DNA from: an uncultured virus (IMG/VR IMGVR_UViG_3300027708_000036) | Taxonomy: Duplodnaviria; Heunggongvirae; Uroviricota; Caudoviricetes | Reading direction: 5' to 3' (one strand) | DNA length: 64,000 nucleotides | IMG/VR virus record: IMGVR_UViG_3300027708_000036 | Part shown: positions 19,492 through 30,084 of the stretch, one piece after another | Numbering within the stretch: position 1 is the first letter of the stretch | How the letters are laid out: every line of letters starts with the position of its first letter | The notes under the pieces: model-generated | Told to the model about the DNA's origin: nothing | Database searches by the model: none | The model's input: the letters and a program-made list of their open reading frames with translations, nothing else | Made by a program: the position numbers and the translations under genes

Positions 19492-19517
19492 AATCTACAT
19501 TTTAATAGGAGTGCCAA

Positions 19518-20114
19518 ATGGCAGATCAAAAGATATCAGAATTAACCGCAGCAACCTCTGCTGCATCAGCAGACTTACTGAACATCGTACAAGGTGGTTC
19601 AAACAAGAAACTGACAGTTGCTAATTTCTTAGCAAACTTAAACTCCCCAGTTGTAATCAATGCGAATGGTGCTGACCAAGATACTCGTATCGCTGGTGAC
19701 AATGATGCCAATTTATTGTATACTGATGCAGGTACAGATAAAGTTGGTGTAGGTACTTCAACTCCAACAGAAAAATTAGATGTTTATGGTAATCTAGCAA
19801 TTACTAATGGTTATCTACGTTTATCATCTACTCCACAAGCATTAACTGGTTCTGGTTCGTTGGTTGTGAATACAACTGCAGCCGTTACGTATGTAACAAC
19901 TACTGGTTCTGCAACTCTATCATTAGGTGATGGTGTTCAAGGACAAGAGAAAACAATAGCAATGATTGGCTATGCTGGAAGTGCTGTTTTAACACCATCT
20001 TCACCTGTTGGTTTTACAACTATTACTTTTACTGGTGTTAGTAATACTGTTCGTTTGATTTTCTTGAATACTAAGTGGCGCATCTTAAGCAATTACGGAG
20101 CAACAGTCGCTTAA
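19518..20114 (+). CDS. virion / tail-fibre-associated protein
   Basis: MADQKISELT start and VGVGTSTPTEKLDV fibre repeat. Confidence 0.65.
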   Translation: MADQKISELTAATSAASADLLNIVQGGSNKKLTVANFLANLNSPVVINANGADQDTRIAGDNDANLLYTDAGTDKVGVGTSTPTEKLDVYGNLAITNGYLRLSSTPQALTGSGSLVVNTTAAVTYVTTTGSATLSLGDGVQGQEKTIAMIGYAGSAVLTPSSPVGFTTITFTGVSNTVRLIFLNTKWRILSNYGATVA

Positions 20115-20153
20115 CATTTCGTTTTGAATTATTATTAGAAAGTGAAAAGTTAG

Positions 20154-20531
20154 GTGAAAGAAAAGTTAAATGAATCAAACTTCTTAGTTTTTGCAATGCA
20201 TCATTATGATAATCCTCAGTGTCATAGCCTGCAAGAATTTGAAGAGGATTTGAAGAAGTTCTTATATCTTAAGAAATTACTCTCAAGGTATAAAAACAAT
20301 AGAGAGTTAAGAGAGCGATTGATACTAAATCATATTATAGTTTTGTATAATATTTTCGGTGAAAACGCAACTCAAATGTTGTTTTATAAGATAGACGAGT
20401 CCTGTTGGGATTCACTAATTACATTTTTAGTGTATCTCGATAGGATGCCAGAAACGATACCAGAATTGAATATTGTTTTATCTGATATAGTTTTAGATGA
20501 AAACATTATATCAACACTTAGGAAAATTTAA
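20154..20531 (+). CDS. conserved T4-like phage hypothetical protein
   Basis: YDNPQC...EFEEDL...ERLILNHIIVLYNIFG, a pattern recognisable in T4-like phages. Confidence 0.7.
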   Translation: MKEKLNESNFLVFAMHHYDNPQCHSLQEFEEDLKKFLYLKKLLSRYKNNRELRERLILNHIIVLYNIFGENATQMLFYKIDESCWDSLITFLVYLDRMPETIPELNIVLSDIVLDENIISTLRKI

Positions 20532-21070
20532 TGAGTCGCATAGTAGACAACTTAATTGCATATCGAATTCTCAAAATGTTAGTCACTAACTTTGAGAACA
20601 CAGACGCATTCAAACTAGGTATTATTGATGCTAAGGGTAAGAACATCCGTAAAGCAAATACTTTACAGACATCAAAAGAACGTGACGCTTATACTTACCT
20701 CAATCGTTTAGTCTTCAATGTTAAGAAGATTATCAATAGACTTCCAGGTGGTGAAAGTAAAATGAAATCATTGGTTGCAGCACTATGGTTAGTAAAAGAA
20801 CAATACCAATCAGGCAGTCGTTCAACTGCAATGCTCCAAGAAAAGTTTGACAATATCATGAAACTGTTGGATAATAGAGTGTCTCTTGTTGAAGAAGAGA
20901 TTCTTGTTAAAAAGTTTCTTGATGAAGATGGCGCAGTAGCGAATGTTACTGGTGCTGCAGTTTCTACCAATGAACCAAAGATTGGTCCAAAGGAAATTAA
21001 GAAATACAAAGCTGGTCAAGCATCCACCATTGCAGGAATGATTCGTCGTCCGAAACCTGTAGGAGTTTAA
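20531..21070 (+). CDS. conserved T4-like phage hypothetical protein
   Basis: AFKLGIIDAKGK...AYTYLNRLVFNVKK; coupled to the upstream gene. Confidence 0.7.
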   Translation: MSRIVDNLIAYRILKMLVTNFENTDAFKLGIIDAKGKNIRKANTLQTSKERDAYTYLNRLVFNVKKIINRLPGGESKMKSLVAALWLVKEQYQSGSRSTAMLQEKFDNIMKLLDNRVSLVEEEILVKKFLDEDGAVANVTGAAVSTNEPKIGPKEIKKYKAGQASTIAGMIRRPKPVGV

Positions 21071-21071
21071 G

Positions 21072-21512
21072 ATGTGGATGTTGTCATTTGTACCTGATGC
21101 GTTACTTCATATTGTAGTCATTGGTATTATGATTGCTGGTATAGCAATCTATGCTCTTAGTTTTCTTACAAGATTTGTCCCACCACTAATTCCTTATTCT
21201 GGAATCGCCAGAATATTTGGAACTATCCTTACTGTTGTAGGGATTTATTTTTTTGGTAGTTACTCCACTGAGATGTTATGGAGAGCAAAAGTAACAGAAT
21301 TAGAAAAACAAATTAAAATTTCTGAAGCAAAATCTAAAGAAATAAATATCCAAATACAAAAAGTATATGTTGATAGAGTTAAAGTAGTAAAACAAACTCA
21401 AATAGTGATACAAGAAAAGATTAAAGAAGTAGAAATTAAAATTGATTCTGAGTGTAAAGTTGCACCTGAAGCGGTCGATATACTAAATGAAGCAGCAGGA
21501 GTGAAAAAATGA
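21072..21512 (+). CDS. Rz-like inner-membrane spanin
   Basis: N-terminal transmembrane helices, coiled coil and C-terminal Cys; overlaps a lipoprotein gene. Confidence 0.6.
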   Translation: MWMLSFVPDALLHIVVIGIMIAGIAIYALSFLTRFVPPLIPYSGIARIFGTILTVVGIYFFGSYSTEMLWRAKVTELEKQIKISEAKSKEINIQIQKVYVDRVKVVKQTQIVIQEKIKEVEIKIDSECKVAPEAVDILNEAAGVKK

Positions 21513-21769
21513 AAACCCTTCTAGTTGCTCTAACAATATTAATATTAACTGGATGTAGCACACCAGTTAAAAGAAATTTTCCATCTGTTCCAACTGAACT
21601 AATGGAAGCGTGTCCTGACTTGAAGAAAACTAAACCTACTGAGAAGTTGAGTGAAGTATTGAAAGTCGTAGTGGACAATTATGGACAATATCATGAATGT
21701 AAAATTAAAGTTGATACTTGGATTGAATGGTACAAAACACAACGAGACATTTTTGAGAGTGTAAAATAA
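21509..21769 (+). CDS. Rz1-like outer-membrane spanin lipoprotein
   Basis: Lipobox LTGC, Pro-rich segment, LMEACPDL and YHECK. Confidence 0.68.
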   Translation: MKTLLVALTILILTGCSTPVKRNFPSVPTELMEACPDLKKTKPTEKLSEVLKVVVDNYGQYHECKIKVDTWIEWYKTQRDIFESVK

Positions 21770-22123
21770 ATGGATACAGAAAGACTAGCTAAATTGGAAG
21801 CACAAGTAGAAACTATAAAAGAGGATGTCAAAGAGTTGAAATCTGATCTTAAAGAAGTGCACTCTCGTATTACTACATCCAATAGAGAAATCGTTGATAA
21901 GATTGACGATATGCAAACTCGCATTGAACATAAGATGCAAGCTAATGCTCAAATCTCTCAAGACCAACATGCTGAAATTAAAAAGGATGTTGTGCAAGAT
22001 TTAGAAAAGATGAACACTAGAGTTGCAGCACTTGAGCAGTGGAAGTGGTATGTAATCGGTGGTGCTGCAGTTGCAGGTTTTATTCTCGGACATATCAACG
22101 AGATTGTAAAGTATATAAAATAA
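21770..22123 (+). CDS. coiled-coil protein with a C-terminal TM helix (XhlA/holin-like)
   Basis: Heptad repeats followed by WKWYVIGGAAVAGFIL. Confidence 0.5.
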   Translation: MDTERLAKLEAQVETIKEDVKELKSDLKEVHSRITTSNREIVDKIDDMQTRIEHKMQANAQISQDQHAEIKKDVVQDLEKMNTRVAALEQWKWYVIGGAAVAGFILGHINEIVKYIK

Positions 22124-22126
22124 AAC

Positions 22127-22155
22127 TTGTTTTGTAATGATAAGTAGGGTATAAT
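22127..22155 (+). promoter_or_regulatory. sigma70-type promoter
   Basis: TTGTTT-17-TATAAT upstream of the primase gene. Confidence 0.6.
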
Positions 22156-22180
22156 TGTACTCTACTAGTGGAGATTTGTA

Positions 22181-23212
22181 ATGTTATACATTGATGCAAA
22201 GTATGCCCAAATACTTGGGTCTCGCTTGCGAAACTTCAAACAAAAGAAAGATTATCTCTGGAACTATTCATGTCCAGTTTGTGGGGATAGCACATCCAAT
22301 AAATTAAAAGCACGTGGTTACATCTATCGTGCAAAGGCAGATCTATTTGTGAAGTGTCACAACTGTGGTTACGGCACGAACATCGGTAATCTAATTAAGT
22401 ATGTTGATACAAAGTTGTATGATGAGTATGTGCTTGAACGATATAAGTCTGGTGCAACAAGATACAATGACCACAAAGATATCTCTGAAACTCAAGTAGT
22501 TCTTGAGACAGAACCAGAAAATTTACTTGAAGATGATATTCTCTCATCTCTCTCAAGACTAGATAAACTACCACTGACACATCCTGCTGTTCAGTATGTA
22601 GTTAAAAGAAAGATTCCGAAGGACAAATGGAGTCTCCTGTACTTTGCTCCAAAGTTTAAGGCATACACTAACTCAGTGACTGCCAAATTCCAAGAGCCAA
22701 TACAAGACGAACATCCAAGGATGATTATTCCATTTTTTACTAATGCTGGTAAGTGTTTTGCTTATCAGGCTAGAGCGTATGGAAATGAAGAGCCTAAGTA
22801 TTATACCATCAAGGTGGATGAGACTCAGGAAAAGATTTATGGACTTGAAAGGATTGATTATGCTAAAAGAATACTTGTGGTCGAAGGACCAATTGACTCG
22901 CTTTTTCTACCAAATGCAGTGGCTGTTTCAGGAGCAAGTTTTGATACCCCTACTATTAGGAGTATTCTTGCTAATGCAACGATTGTAATGGACAATGAAC
23001 CAAGAAATAAAGACATTGTCAAACAGTTAGAGAAGTATATCAATCTAGGTTATTCTGTCTGTATGTTTCCAGAACACATAGAACAGAAAGATGTGAATGA
23101 AATGATTTTACATGGCGGAATGACTGCCGATGAAATTACCGATGTCATAAATACAAACACCTACTTTGGTATGGAAGCAAAATTGAAATTTGGTACATGG
23201 AAGAAAATATGA
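22181..23212 (+). CDS. 61: gp61 DNA primase
   Basis: CPVCGDS...CHNCG zinc finger and TOPRIM motifs VEGPIDS, DNEPRN, KDVNEM. Confidence 0.95.
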   Translation: MLYIDAKYAQILGSRLRNFKQKKDYLWNYSCPVCGDSTSNKLKARGYIYRAKADLFVKCHNCGYGTNIGNLIKYVDTKLYDEYVLERYKSGATRYNDHKDISETQVVLETEPENLLEDDILSSLSRLDKLPLTHPAVQYVVKRKIPKDKWSLLYFAPKFKAYTNSVTAKFQEPIQDEHPRMIIPFFTNAGKCFAYQARAYGNEEPKYYTIKVDETQEKIYGLERIDYAKRILVVEGPIDSLFLPNAVAVSGASFDTPTIRSILANATIVMDNEPRNKDIVKQLEKYINLGYSVCMFPEHIEQKDVNEMILHGGMTADEITDVINTNTYFGMEAKLKFGTWKKI

Positions 23213-23877
23213 ATGTCAGGATGATTAGTTATAGCAAACCCGATGAGAAAATGTTCCAAGAAGGTTTAGTAGATGTACAGGAGTTAGTTGCATTCTGTGC
23301 AAGAGTGAGTAATCCCAACAACCAACTCAACACAGAGACATCAGAGAAGTTAATTAAGTATCTCATCAAACATCAGCATTGGTCACCACTAGAAATGGTC
23401 AGTGCTTGTTTAGAAATTGAAACTACTCGTGATATAGCAAGACAAATCTTGCGTCACCGCTCTTTCTCGTTCCAAGAATTTAGCCAGCGATATGCTGATC
23501 CAACAAAAGACTTATCTTTCGTTCTAAGGGAAGCCCGACTCCAAGATACGAAGAATCGTCAAAATAGTGTTGAGAATACAAATCTAGCATTGGCAACATG
23601 GTGGGAAGAAAGACAAAAGCGAGTGATAAGAGAAGCTGAAGAAGCGTATGCTTGGGCAATCGAAAATGGTATTGCCAAAGAGCAAGCAAGAGCAGTACTC
23701 CCAGAAGGACTAACTGTTTCTCGTTTATACATGAATGGTACACTAAGATCGTGGATCCACTTCATTGAATTACGATCGGCAAATGGTACACAAAAGGAAC
23801 ACCAAGAAGTCGCACGACAATGCGCAAAGGTTATTGCTGAGGTATTCCCTCTAGCAAATGAATTAGTAAAACTATAA
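23209..23877 (+). CDS. thyX: flavin-dependent thymidylate synthase
   Basis: RHRSFSFQEFSQRY ThyX motif, HWSPLE, QKEH. Confidence 0.96.
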   Translation: MNVRMISYSKPDEKMFQEGLVDVQELVAFCARVSNPNNQLNTETSEKLIKYLIKHQHWSPLEMVSACLEIETTRDIARQILRHRSFSFQEFSQRYADPTKDLSFVLREARLQDTKNRQNSVENTNLALATWWEERQKRVIREAEEAYAWAIENGIAKEQARAVLPEGLTVSRLYMNGTLRSWIHFIELRSANGTQKEHQEVARQCAKVIAEVFPLANELVKL

Positions 23878-23894
23878 TAATATTGGGGCAATAA

Positions 23895-25688
23895 ATGGAA
23901 ATTGTGCATGGCATAAAGGTTGACTACAACCGAGATAGTTTGTTTGACGAATTAGGTAGAATTAGATTAAAAGAAAGTTATATGAAGGATGACGAGGTAA
24001 GCCCACAAGAGAGGTTTGCTTTTGTCTCAAATAAATTTGGGAGCAATCCAGAACATGCGCAAAGGTTATACGAATACAGCAGCAAACATTGGTTGTCTTA
24101 TTCTACTCCCATTTTATCTTTTGGTCGTAGTAAGCGTGGTTTGCCTATATCATGTTTCCTTAATTATATCGAAGATACTGCGGAGGGTTTAGTTGATAAT
24201 CTATCAGAAACTAATTGGTTGTCTATGCTTGGCGGTGGTGTTGGCATCGGTTTTGGTATTCGTTCAGCAGACGATAAATCTACAGGTGTCATGCCTCACC
24301 TCAAAATGTATGACGCAAGTTCTTTGGCATACAGGCAAGGTCGTACTCGCAGGGGCAGTTATGCTGCTTATCTGTCTATTGATCATCCAGATATCATCAA
24401 CTTTCTAGAGATGCGCAAGCCGACAGGCGATCAAAACATGCGTACTCTAAACATGCATCATGGGATTAACATTCCAGATGCATTTATGGAAATCATTGAA
24501 CAGAGTATGATTGATCCAGACTTCGATGACTCTTGGAAATTAGTGGATCCTGCTTCCAATGAAGTTCGTGAAACTGTATCAGCAAAAGAATTATGGCAAC
24601 GCATTCTTGAGATGCGTATGATGACAGGTGAACCATATCTACATTTTATTGACGAATCAAATCGACAAATGCCACAATGGTTAAAAGATCTTGGGTTAAA
24701 GATTAATCAATCTAATCTTTGCTCTGAGATTATTCTACCAACAAATGAGAAACGCACAGCAGTATGTTGTTTGTCATCTTTGAACTTGGAGTATTATGAT
24801 GATTGGAAAGATGAACCGCAGTTCCTACGTGATGTTGCTGAAATGCTTGACAATGTTCTGCAGTATTTTATTGATCATGCTCCTTCCTCAATTAAGCGTG
24901 CAAAGTACTCAGCAACTCGTGAAAGAAGTATCGGCATTGGTGCGTTAGGTTGGCATGCATATCTACAGAAGAATAATCTTCCATGGGAATCATCATTGGC
25001 AGTTGGTAGAAATAAAAACATCTTTAAAACTATAAGAGAGAAATTAGATGTCGCTAATAAAGAACTGGGATTGGAACGTGGTGAAGCACCTGACGCAGTG
25101 GGTACTGGGAATAGGTTTAGTCATCTTATGGCTATTGCTCCCAATGCTTCTTCTTCCATTCTCATGGGCAATACTAGTCCTTCTATTGAACCTTTGCGTG
25201 CCAATGCTTATCGCCAAGATACTTTATCGGGTTCTCACTTAAATAAAAATAAGTATCTTGATAAGGTCGTTACTGATTATGTTAATTCAAACCCTAAGGC
25301 AGATGCCCAAGAAATATGGAGTTCGATTATTGCGAATGATGGTTCAGTTCAGCACTTGGATTGGTTGGGAGACTGGGAGAAAGACGTCTTCAAGACTTCT
25401 ATGGAAATTGACCAGCGTTGGGTCATTCAACACGCTTCCGACAGGCAACAATATATTGATCAAGCACAATCGTTAAATGTATTCTTTAGACCAGACAGTC
25501 ACATCAAGTATATTCATGCTGTGCATTTCCAAGCATGGAAGTCTGGATTGAAGACTATGTACTACTGCCGTAGTGATAAGATCGCAAAAGCAGATAAGGT
25601 GTCAAAGAGAATTGAACGAGATATTATTAAAGAAATTAACTTACACGATCTAGCCGAAGGTAACGAATGTTTGGCTTGCGAGGGATAA
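23895..25688 (+). CDS. nrdA: ribonucleotide reductase class Ia alpha subunit
   Basis: PISCF, QSNLCSEI, IAPNASSS, KTMYY and C-terminal CLAC. Confidence 0.96.
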   Translation: MEIVHGIKVDYNRDSLFDELGRIRLKESYMKDDEVSPQERFAFVSNKFGSNPEHAQRLYEYSSKHWLSYSTPILSFGRSKRGLPISCFLNYIEDTAEGLVDNLSETNWLSMLGGGVGIGFGIRSADDKSTGVMPHLKMYDASSLAYRQGRTRRGSYAAYLSIDHPDIINFLEMRKPTGDQNMRTLNMHHGINIPDAFMEIIEQSMIDPDFDDSWKLVDPASNEVRETVSAKELWQRILEMRMMTGEPYLHFIDESNRQMPQWLKDLGLKINQSNLCSEIILPTNEKRTAVCCLSSLNLEYYDDWKDEPQFLRDVAEMLDNVLQYFIDHAPSSIKRAKYSATRERSIGIGALGWHAYLQKNNLPWESSLAVGRNKNIFKTIREKLDVANKELGLERGEAPDAVGTGNRFSHLMAIAPNASSSILMGNTSPSIEPLRANAYRQDTLSGSHLNKNKYLDKVVTDYVNSNPKADAQEIWSSIIANDGSVQHLDWLGDWEKDVFKTSMEIDQRWVIQHASDRQQYIDQAQSLNVFFRPDSHIKYIHAVHFQAWKSGLKTMYYCRSDKIAKADKVSKRIERDIIKEINLHDLAEGNECLACEG

Positions 25689-25689
25689 A

Positions 25690-26682
25690 ATGATTACAAA
25701 AACAAAAACAAGATTAACGGATACAAGAGATTCATTTAAACCTTTTAACTATCCATGGGCATATGATGCTTGGTTGAAACATGAACAAGCACACTGGCTG
25801 CACTCAGAAGTACCAATGGCTGAGGATGTTAAAGACTGGAAAAAGAAATTAACAAATGAAGAAAAAACCTTTCTTACGAACATCTTCCGATTCTTCACTC
25901 AAGGAGACATTGATGTTGCTGGTGGTTATGTTAATAATTATCTGCCTCATTTCCCTCAACCTGAAGTAAGAATGATGTTAATGGGTTTTGCTGCTCGTGA
26001 AGCATTACACATTGCTGCATACTCTCACCTAATCGAAACACTGGGATTACCAGAATCTACTTACAACCAATTCCTTGAATATCAAGAGATGAAAGATAAG
26101 CATGACTATGTACTTGAACTTTCTAGTCGCAATGGTACTATCGCTAGTACTGCTGAGCACATTGCTGTTTTCAGTGCCTTTACTGAAGGCATGCAGTTGT
26201 TTAGTTCTTTTATCATGTTGCTTAATTTTCCTCGCCAAGGCATGATGAAGGGTATGGGTCAAATTGTTACTTGGTCTATTGCCGATGAAACAATCCATGC
26301 TGAGTCTATGATTAAGTTGTTCCGTGAGTATATCAAAGAAAATCCTGAGATCTGGAATGACGAATTAAAGGGTAAGATATATACAATCGCTGAGAAAATG
26401 GTAGAGTTAGAAGACAAGTTTATTGATCTTTGCTATCAAGGTGCAGACATGCGTGAACTATCTGCAGAAGATGTTAAGAAATATATTCGTTACATTGCAG
26501 ATCGTCGTCTAATCTCTCTTGGCATGAAAGGTATCTTTAAAGTTAAAAAGAATCCACTTCCATGGGTCGAAGAAATGATCAATGCACCAGTACACGGAAA
26601 CTTCTTTGAGAATCGTGTTACTGATTATGCTAAAGGTGCATTGTCTGGCACATGGGGTGATGTATGGGGTAAAGCAGCGTGA
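25690..26682 (+). CDS. nrdB: ribonucleotide reductase class Ia beta subunit
   Basis: REALHIAAY, EGMQLFSSF, DETIH, NFFENRVTDY. Confidence 0.96.
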   Translation: MITKTKTRLTDTRDSFKPFNYPWAYDAWLKHEQAHWLHSEVPMAEDVKDWKKKLTNEEKTFLTNIFRFFTQGDIDVAGGYVNNYLPHFPQPEVRMMLMGFAAREALHIAAYSHLIETLGLPESTYNQFLEYQEMKDKHDYVLELSSRNGTIASTAEHIAVFSAFTEGMQLFSSFIMLLNFPRQGMMKGMGQIVTWSIADETIHAESMIKLFREYIKENPEIWNDELKGKIYTIAEKMVELEDKFIDLCYQGADMRELSAEDVKKYIRYIADRRLISLGMKGIFKVKKNPLPWVEEMINAPVHGNFFENRVTDYAKGALSGTWGDVWGKAA

Positions 26683-27383
26683 TAGAGTTAATCTATCTGT
26701 TGGCTATGACTCACATTACCATTGTGTGCGTCACTTTATATCTTCATAGAGGACAGACACACAGAGGAATAACTTTTCATCCAGTTGTTGCACACTTCAT
26801 GCGTTTCTGGTTATGGCTTACTACTGGTATGGTAACTAAACAGTGGGTAGCTATTCATCGTAAACACCATCAGAATTCTGATAAAGAAGGTGATCCGCAC
26901 ACACCTCATGTGTATGGTATTTGGAGAGTGGTCTTCGGTGGTGCTTTACTTTACCATGATGCCAGTAAAAATAAAGAGATGATTGCTCAATACGGAGTTG
27001 GAACTCCAGATGATTGGATGGAAAATAACATTTACTCTAAACATAGCAGAGCAGGTATTATGCTAATGTTAGCCATCAATATTATTTTGTTTGGTTGGAT
27101 TGGTCTGCTTCTATGGGGTATTCAGATGATTTGGATTCCATTCTGGGCAGCAGGTATTGTCAATGGTGTTGGTCATTGGTTTGGTTATCGTAACACGGAC
27201 ACCAAAGATCGTTCAAAGAACATATCAATGTTCGGAATCATTATTGGTGGTGAAGAACTACACAATAATCACCACGCTGAACCAGCAAACCCTAAATTAA
27301 GTAGAAAATGGTTTGAATTTGATATTGGATGGATGTGGTTTAAGATACTACAAAAACTAAAACTAGCCGAGACTAAACAATGA
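26679..27383 (+). CDS. delta-9-type fatty acid desaturase
   Basis: Three His boxes HRGQTH, HRKHH and HNNHH plus TM helices. Confidence 0.92.
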   Translation: MIELIYLLAMTHITIVCVTLYLHRGQTHRGITFHPVVAHFMRFWLWLTTGMVTKQWVAIHRKHHQNSDKEGDPHTPHVYGIWRVVFGGALLYHDASKNKEMIAQYGVGTPDDWMENNIYSKHSRAGIMLMLAINIILFGWIGLLLWGIQMIWIPFWAAGIVNGVGHWFGYRNTDTKDRSKNISMFGIIIGGEELHNNHHAEPANPKLSRKWFEFDIGWMWFKILQKLKLAETKQ

Positions 27384-27526
27384 CAACTAAGATTTTTGAA
27401 TGTAATGAATGTCAGGCAAGAGGTAAGATTATACTCAAGTCAGAAGAACGATTGGAAGACATCGTTTACTGCCCTATTTGCTCTGCTGACATTTACGAAG
27501 AAGACGACTACGAAGAGGAAGAATAA
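27380..27526 (+). CDS. small zinc-ribbon protein (not in the ORF track)
   Basis: MTTKIFECNECQ...YCPICSADIYEEDDYEEEE*; two CxxC motifs, 48 aa. Confidence 0.7.
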   Translation: MTTKIFECNECQARGKIILKSEERLEDIVYCPICSADIYEEDDYEEEE

Positions 27527-27554
27527 ATAGTAGTTTATACTACTGATTATTCTA

Positions 27555-27980
27555 ATGTGGCTTTATAATAACGAAATTATTGAGGAACTACCTGATGATT
27601 GTGTTGGCTTTGTTTATTTAATTACGAACAAAGCCAGTAGTCGTATGTATGTGGGTAAGAAGTTATCCAAATTTGCCAAAACTACATACAAAATAGTAAA
27701 GCAGAAAAACGGAATTAAAAAACGAAAGAAGATTCGTAGCAAAATAGACTCTGATTGGATGGAGTACTATGGTTCGAGTATAGAACTAAATAAAGATGTA
27801 GAGTCTCTCGGAAAGGACAACTTCCTTCGTGAGATTCTTTTCTTTTGTAAATCCAAAGCTGAATGTTCTTACATAGAAGCACGAGAACAGTTTGCACGAA
27901 AGGTGTTAGAGTCAGACGACTACTACAATGGACAGATTTCTGTCCGAGTCCATGGCTCTCATATTAAAAACAAACTATGA
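27555..27980 (+). CDS. small GIY-YIG family endonuclease
   Basis: GFVYLITN...MYVGKK, YYGSS, conserved Glu, YYNG. Confidence 0.8.
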   Translation: MWLYNNEIIEELPDDCVGFVYLITNKASSRMYVGKKLSKFAKTTYKIVKQKNGIKKRKKIRSKIDSDWMEYYGSSIELNKDVESLGKDNFLREILFFCKSKAECSYIEAREQFARKVLESDDYYNGQISVRVHGSHIKNKL

Positions 27981-29221
27981 CATACTTACTCTTTACAGTT
28001 GCACTATCGTTGTCGGCTCTCGCTGCATATTACGCAGTGATGGGGCTCATCGCAATTTTTGCTGCAGCTGTTGTACCGATTGCTCTTATGGGTTCTTTGC
28101 TTGAAGCATCGAAACTTGTAGTTGCATCTTGGCTCTATCGAAATTGGAAAGAAATTCCAAAATTGATGAAGTCATACTTTGTAGTTGCCTTGATTGTGTT
28201 AATGATGTTAACATCTATGGGCATTTTCGGATTCTTATCAAAGGCACATTTAGATCAAGCAATACCTTCGGGAGATGTTCAATCTAAGTTGTCATTACTT
28301 GATGAGAAGATTAAAACAGAAAAGGAAAATATCAATGCAAGTCGTAAAGAACTTACTCAACTCGATGCTCAAGTGGATCAAACCATCGCAAGAACAGACG
28401 ATGCCAAAGGAACAGACAGAGCCATCTCCATCCGTAGAGGTCAGCAAAAAGATAGAACCAGAATCCTCAACGAAATCGGTACAGCGCAAGCCAAGATCGC
28501 CAAGTACAACGAAGAGCGTGCGCCAATCGCCAGCGAAGTCCGTAAAGTCGAAGCAGAAGTAGGACCAATCAAGTACATTGCTGCATTGATATATGGTGAC
28601 GAAAGTTCAAATGATACGAATATGCTTGAGAAAGCAGTTCGTATCGTCACCATACTCATTGTTATTGTATTTGATCCATTGGCAGTACTATTACTAATTG
28701 CCGCAAACTGGAATCTTAAACATACTGGTACAAGAAGATGGAATGAATTCTTTGAGAAACCACCTACAGTAGACTTTCCAGAAAAGACTAAAGAAGTTGA
28801 AGCCGATATGCCTATCGAAGAAGCAACTACAACTCCTGTTTTTGATCATATGACACAACATTTGTCAAAAGAAACACCTGACAAATGGGATGAGTCAGAA
28901 ATTATTGAAGAACACGAAACAACTGTTGTTCCAGAAGAAATCAAAAAAGAAGTAAACGAGTTATTAGAATCTGAGATTCCAGAAATCGAAATTGATGAGC
29001 CAACAAAAGATTGGGAACCAGAATTATATAAAAGAGTTGAGAAGAAAATTGAGTATGATTCAGCTGGTAGAAGAATCACACCATCAGTAGAAGAAGAATT
29101 AAACCCTCCAACGAAAACACAATCATTCTTGAATAAAGTCCAGAGTGTGTTTTCTTCACCTAGTACAAAGTCAGCCATTGAAAAAGATGTTGAGAAGTTG
29201 CAAGACAAAAATCCTAAATAG
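27977..29221 (+). CDS. membrane protein with a coiled coil and acidic tail
   Basis: N-terminal TM helices, GFLSKAH, EVGPIKYIA, VFDPLAVLL. Confidence 0.7.
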   Translation: MTYLLFTVALSLSALAAYYAVMGLIAIFAAAVVPIALMGSLLEASKLVVASWLYRNWKEIPKLMKSYFVVALIVLMMLTSMGIFGFLSKAHLDQAIPSGDVQSKLSLLDEKIKTEKENINASRKELTQLDAQVDQTIARTDDAKGTDRAISIRRGQQKDRTRILNEIGTAQAKIAKYNEERAPIASEVRKVEAEVGPIKYIAALIYGDESSNDTNMLEKAVRIVTILIVIVFDPLAVLLLIAANWNLKHTGTRRWNEFFEKPPTVDFPEKTKEVEADMPIEEATTTPVFDHMTQHLSKETPDKWDESEIIEEHETTVVPEEIKKEVNELLESEIPEIEIDEPTKDWEPELYKRVEKKIEYDSAGRRITPSVEEELNPPTKTQSFLNKVQSVFSSPSTKSAIEKDVEKLQDKNPK

Positions 29222-29271
29222 TAGATAATACTAATAAGGAACTACAAGTTCCATGGTTTTAGGAGAATATA

Positions 29272-30042
29272 GTGGATCCCCTAACTCTCTTTGCATTAGC
29301 CAATGGAGCAGTTTCTGCGATCAAAGCTGGATGTAAATTATACAAAGATATCAAAGGTGCAGCTGGAGATGTAAGGGATGTGCTCAAAGATTTGGATGCA
29401 CAGTTCCATGGTATGTATGAAGAAAAGGGAAAGACACCACCACCTGCAGCAGTCAAACAACTTAATGAAGAAAAAGCCAGAATAAAAGAATTAAACAAGA
29501 AAGACTCAGGCGATGTTTATTTTGAGTTAGGTCAACATCTTGGTGCTTTCTTTGATAATCAAGCAAAATGTATAGCAGTATTTGAAGCAGAAGAACGTAG
29601 GTCTTATCAAGTATACAGTGGTGAATCTTCTGTAGGTGCTCGTGCCCTGCAAAGAATATTGATGAAAAAGAAACTTGAGCAGATGGAAGTTGAACTGCGT
29701 GAAGTAATGGTATATCAAAGTCCACCTGAGTTGGGTGCACTTTGGACAGAAGTATTAGAAACTTCTAAAATATTAAATGCAAGACAATCAGTTGCGCTAA
29801 AGAAACAGATTGAACTACAACATAAACATGATATTGAGCATGCTAAATTTATAAACAAAGTTCATGTTGCGTTAAGATGGTTTGGTAGTTTTATAGCAAT
29901 TATTGGTGTTACATTTATTATTTTATGGTTCGTAGTGCAAGATAGAATAGAAAAATATCCACAACTAGGAACTGATTGGGTTCCTAAAACGGACAAACAA
30001 AGAAGACAAGAAGCCATGCCCAAACACTACGTAGGAAGATAG
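29272..30042 (+). CDS. hypothetical membrane-anchored protein
   Basis: AGGAG SD, 256 aa, C-terminal TM helix. Confidence 0.7.
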   Translation: MDPLTLFALANGAVSAIKAGCKLYKDIKGAAGDVRDVLKDLDAQFHGMYEEKGKTPPPAAVKQLNEEKARIKELNKKDSGDVYFELGQHLGAFFDNQAKCIAVFEAEERRSYQVYSGESSVGARALQRILMKKKLEQMEVELREVMVYQSPPELGALWTEVLETSKILNARQSVALKKQIELQHKHDIEHAKFINKVHVALRWFGSFIAIIGVTFIILWFVVQDRIEKYPQLGTDWVPKTDKQRRQEAMPKHYVGR

Positions 30043-30084
30043 CAGAGCAGTAAGTCTAATAATAAAAATAAAAGGAAGACTGAA

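Noticed and set aside
23209..27980. Group I introns or inteins in thyX, nrdA or nrdB, with the GIY-YIG ORF as a homing endonuclease
   Set aside because: All three genes are uninterrupted and of normal length; the GIY-YIG ORF is free-standing and lacks a DNA-binding extension.
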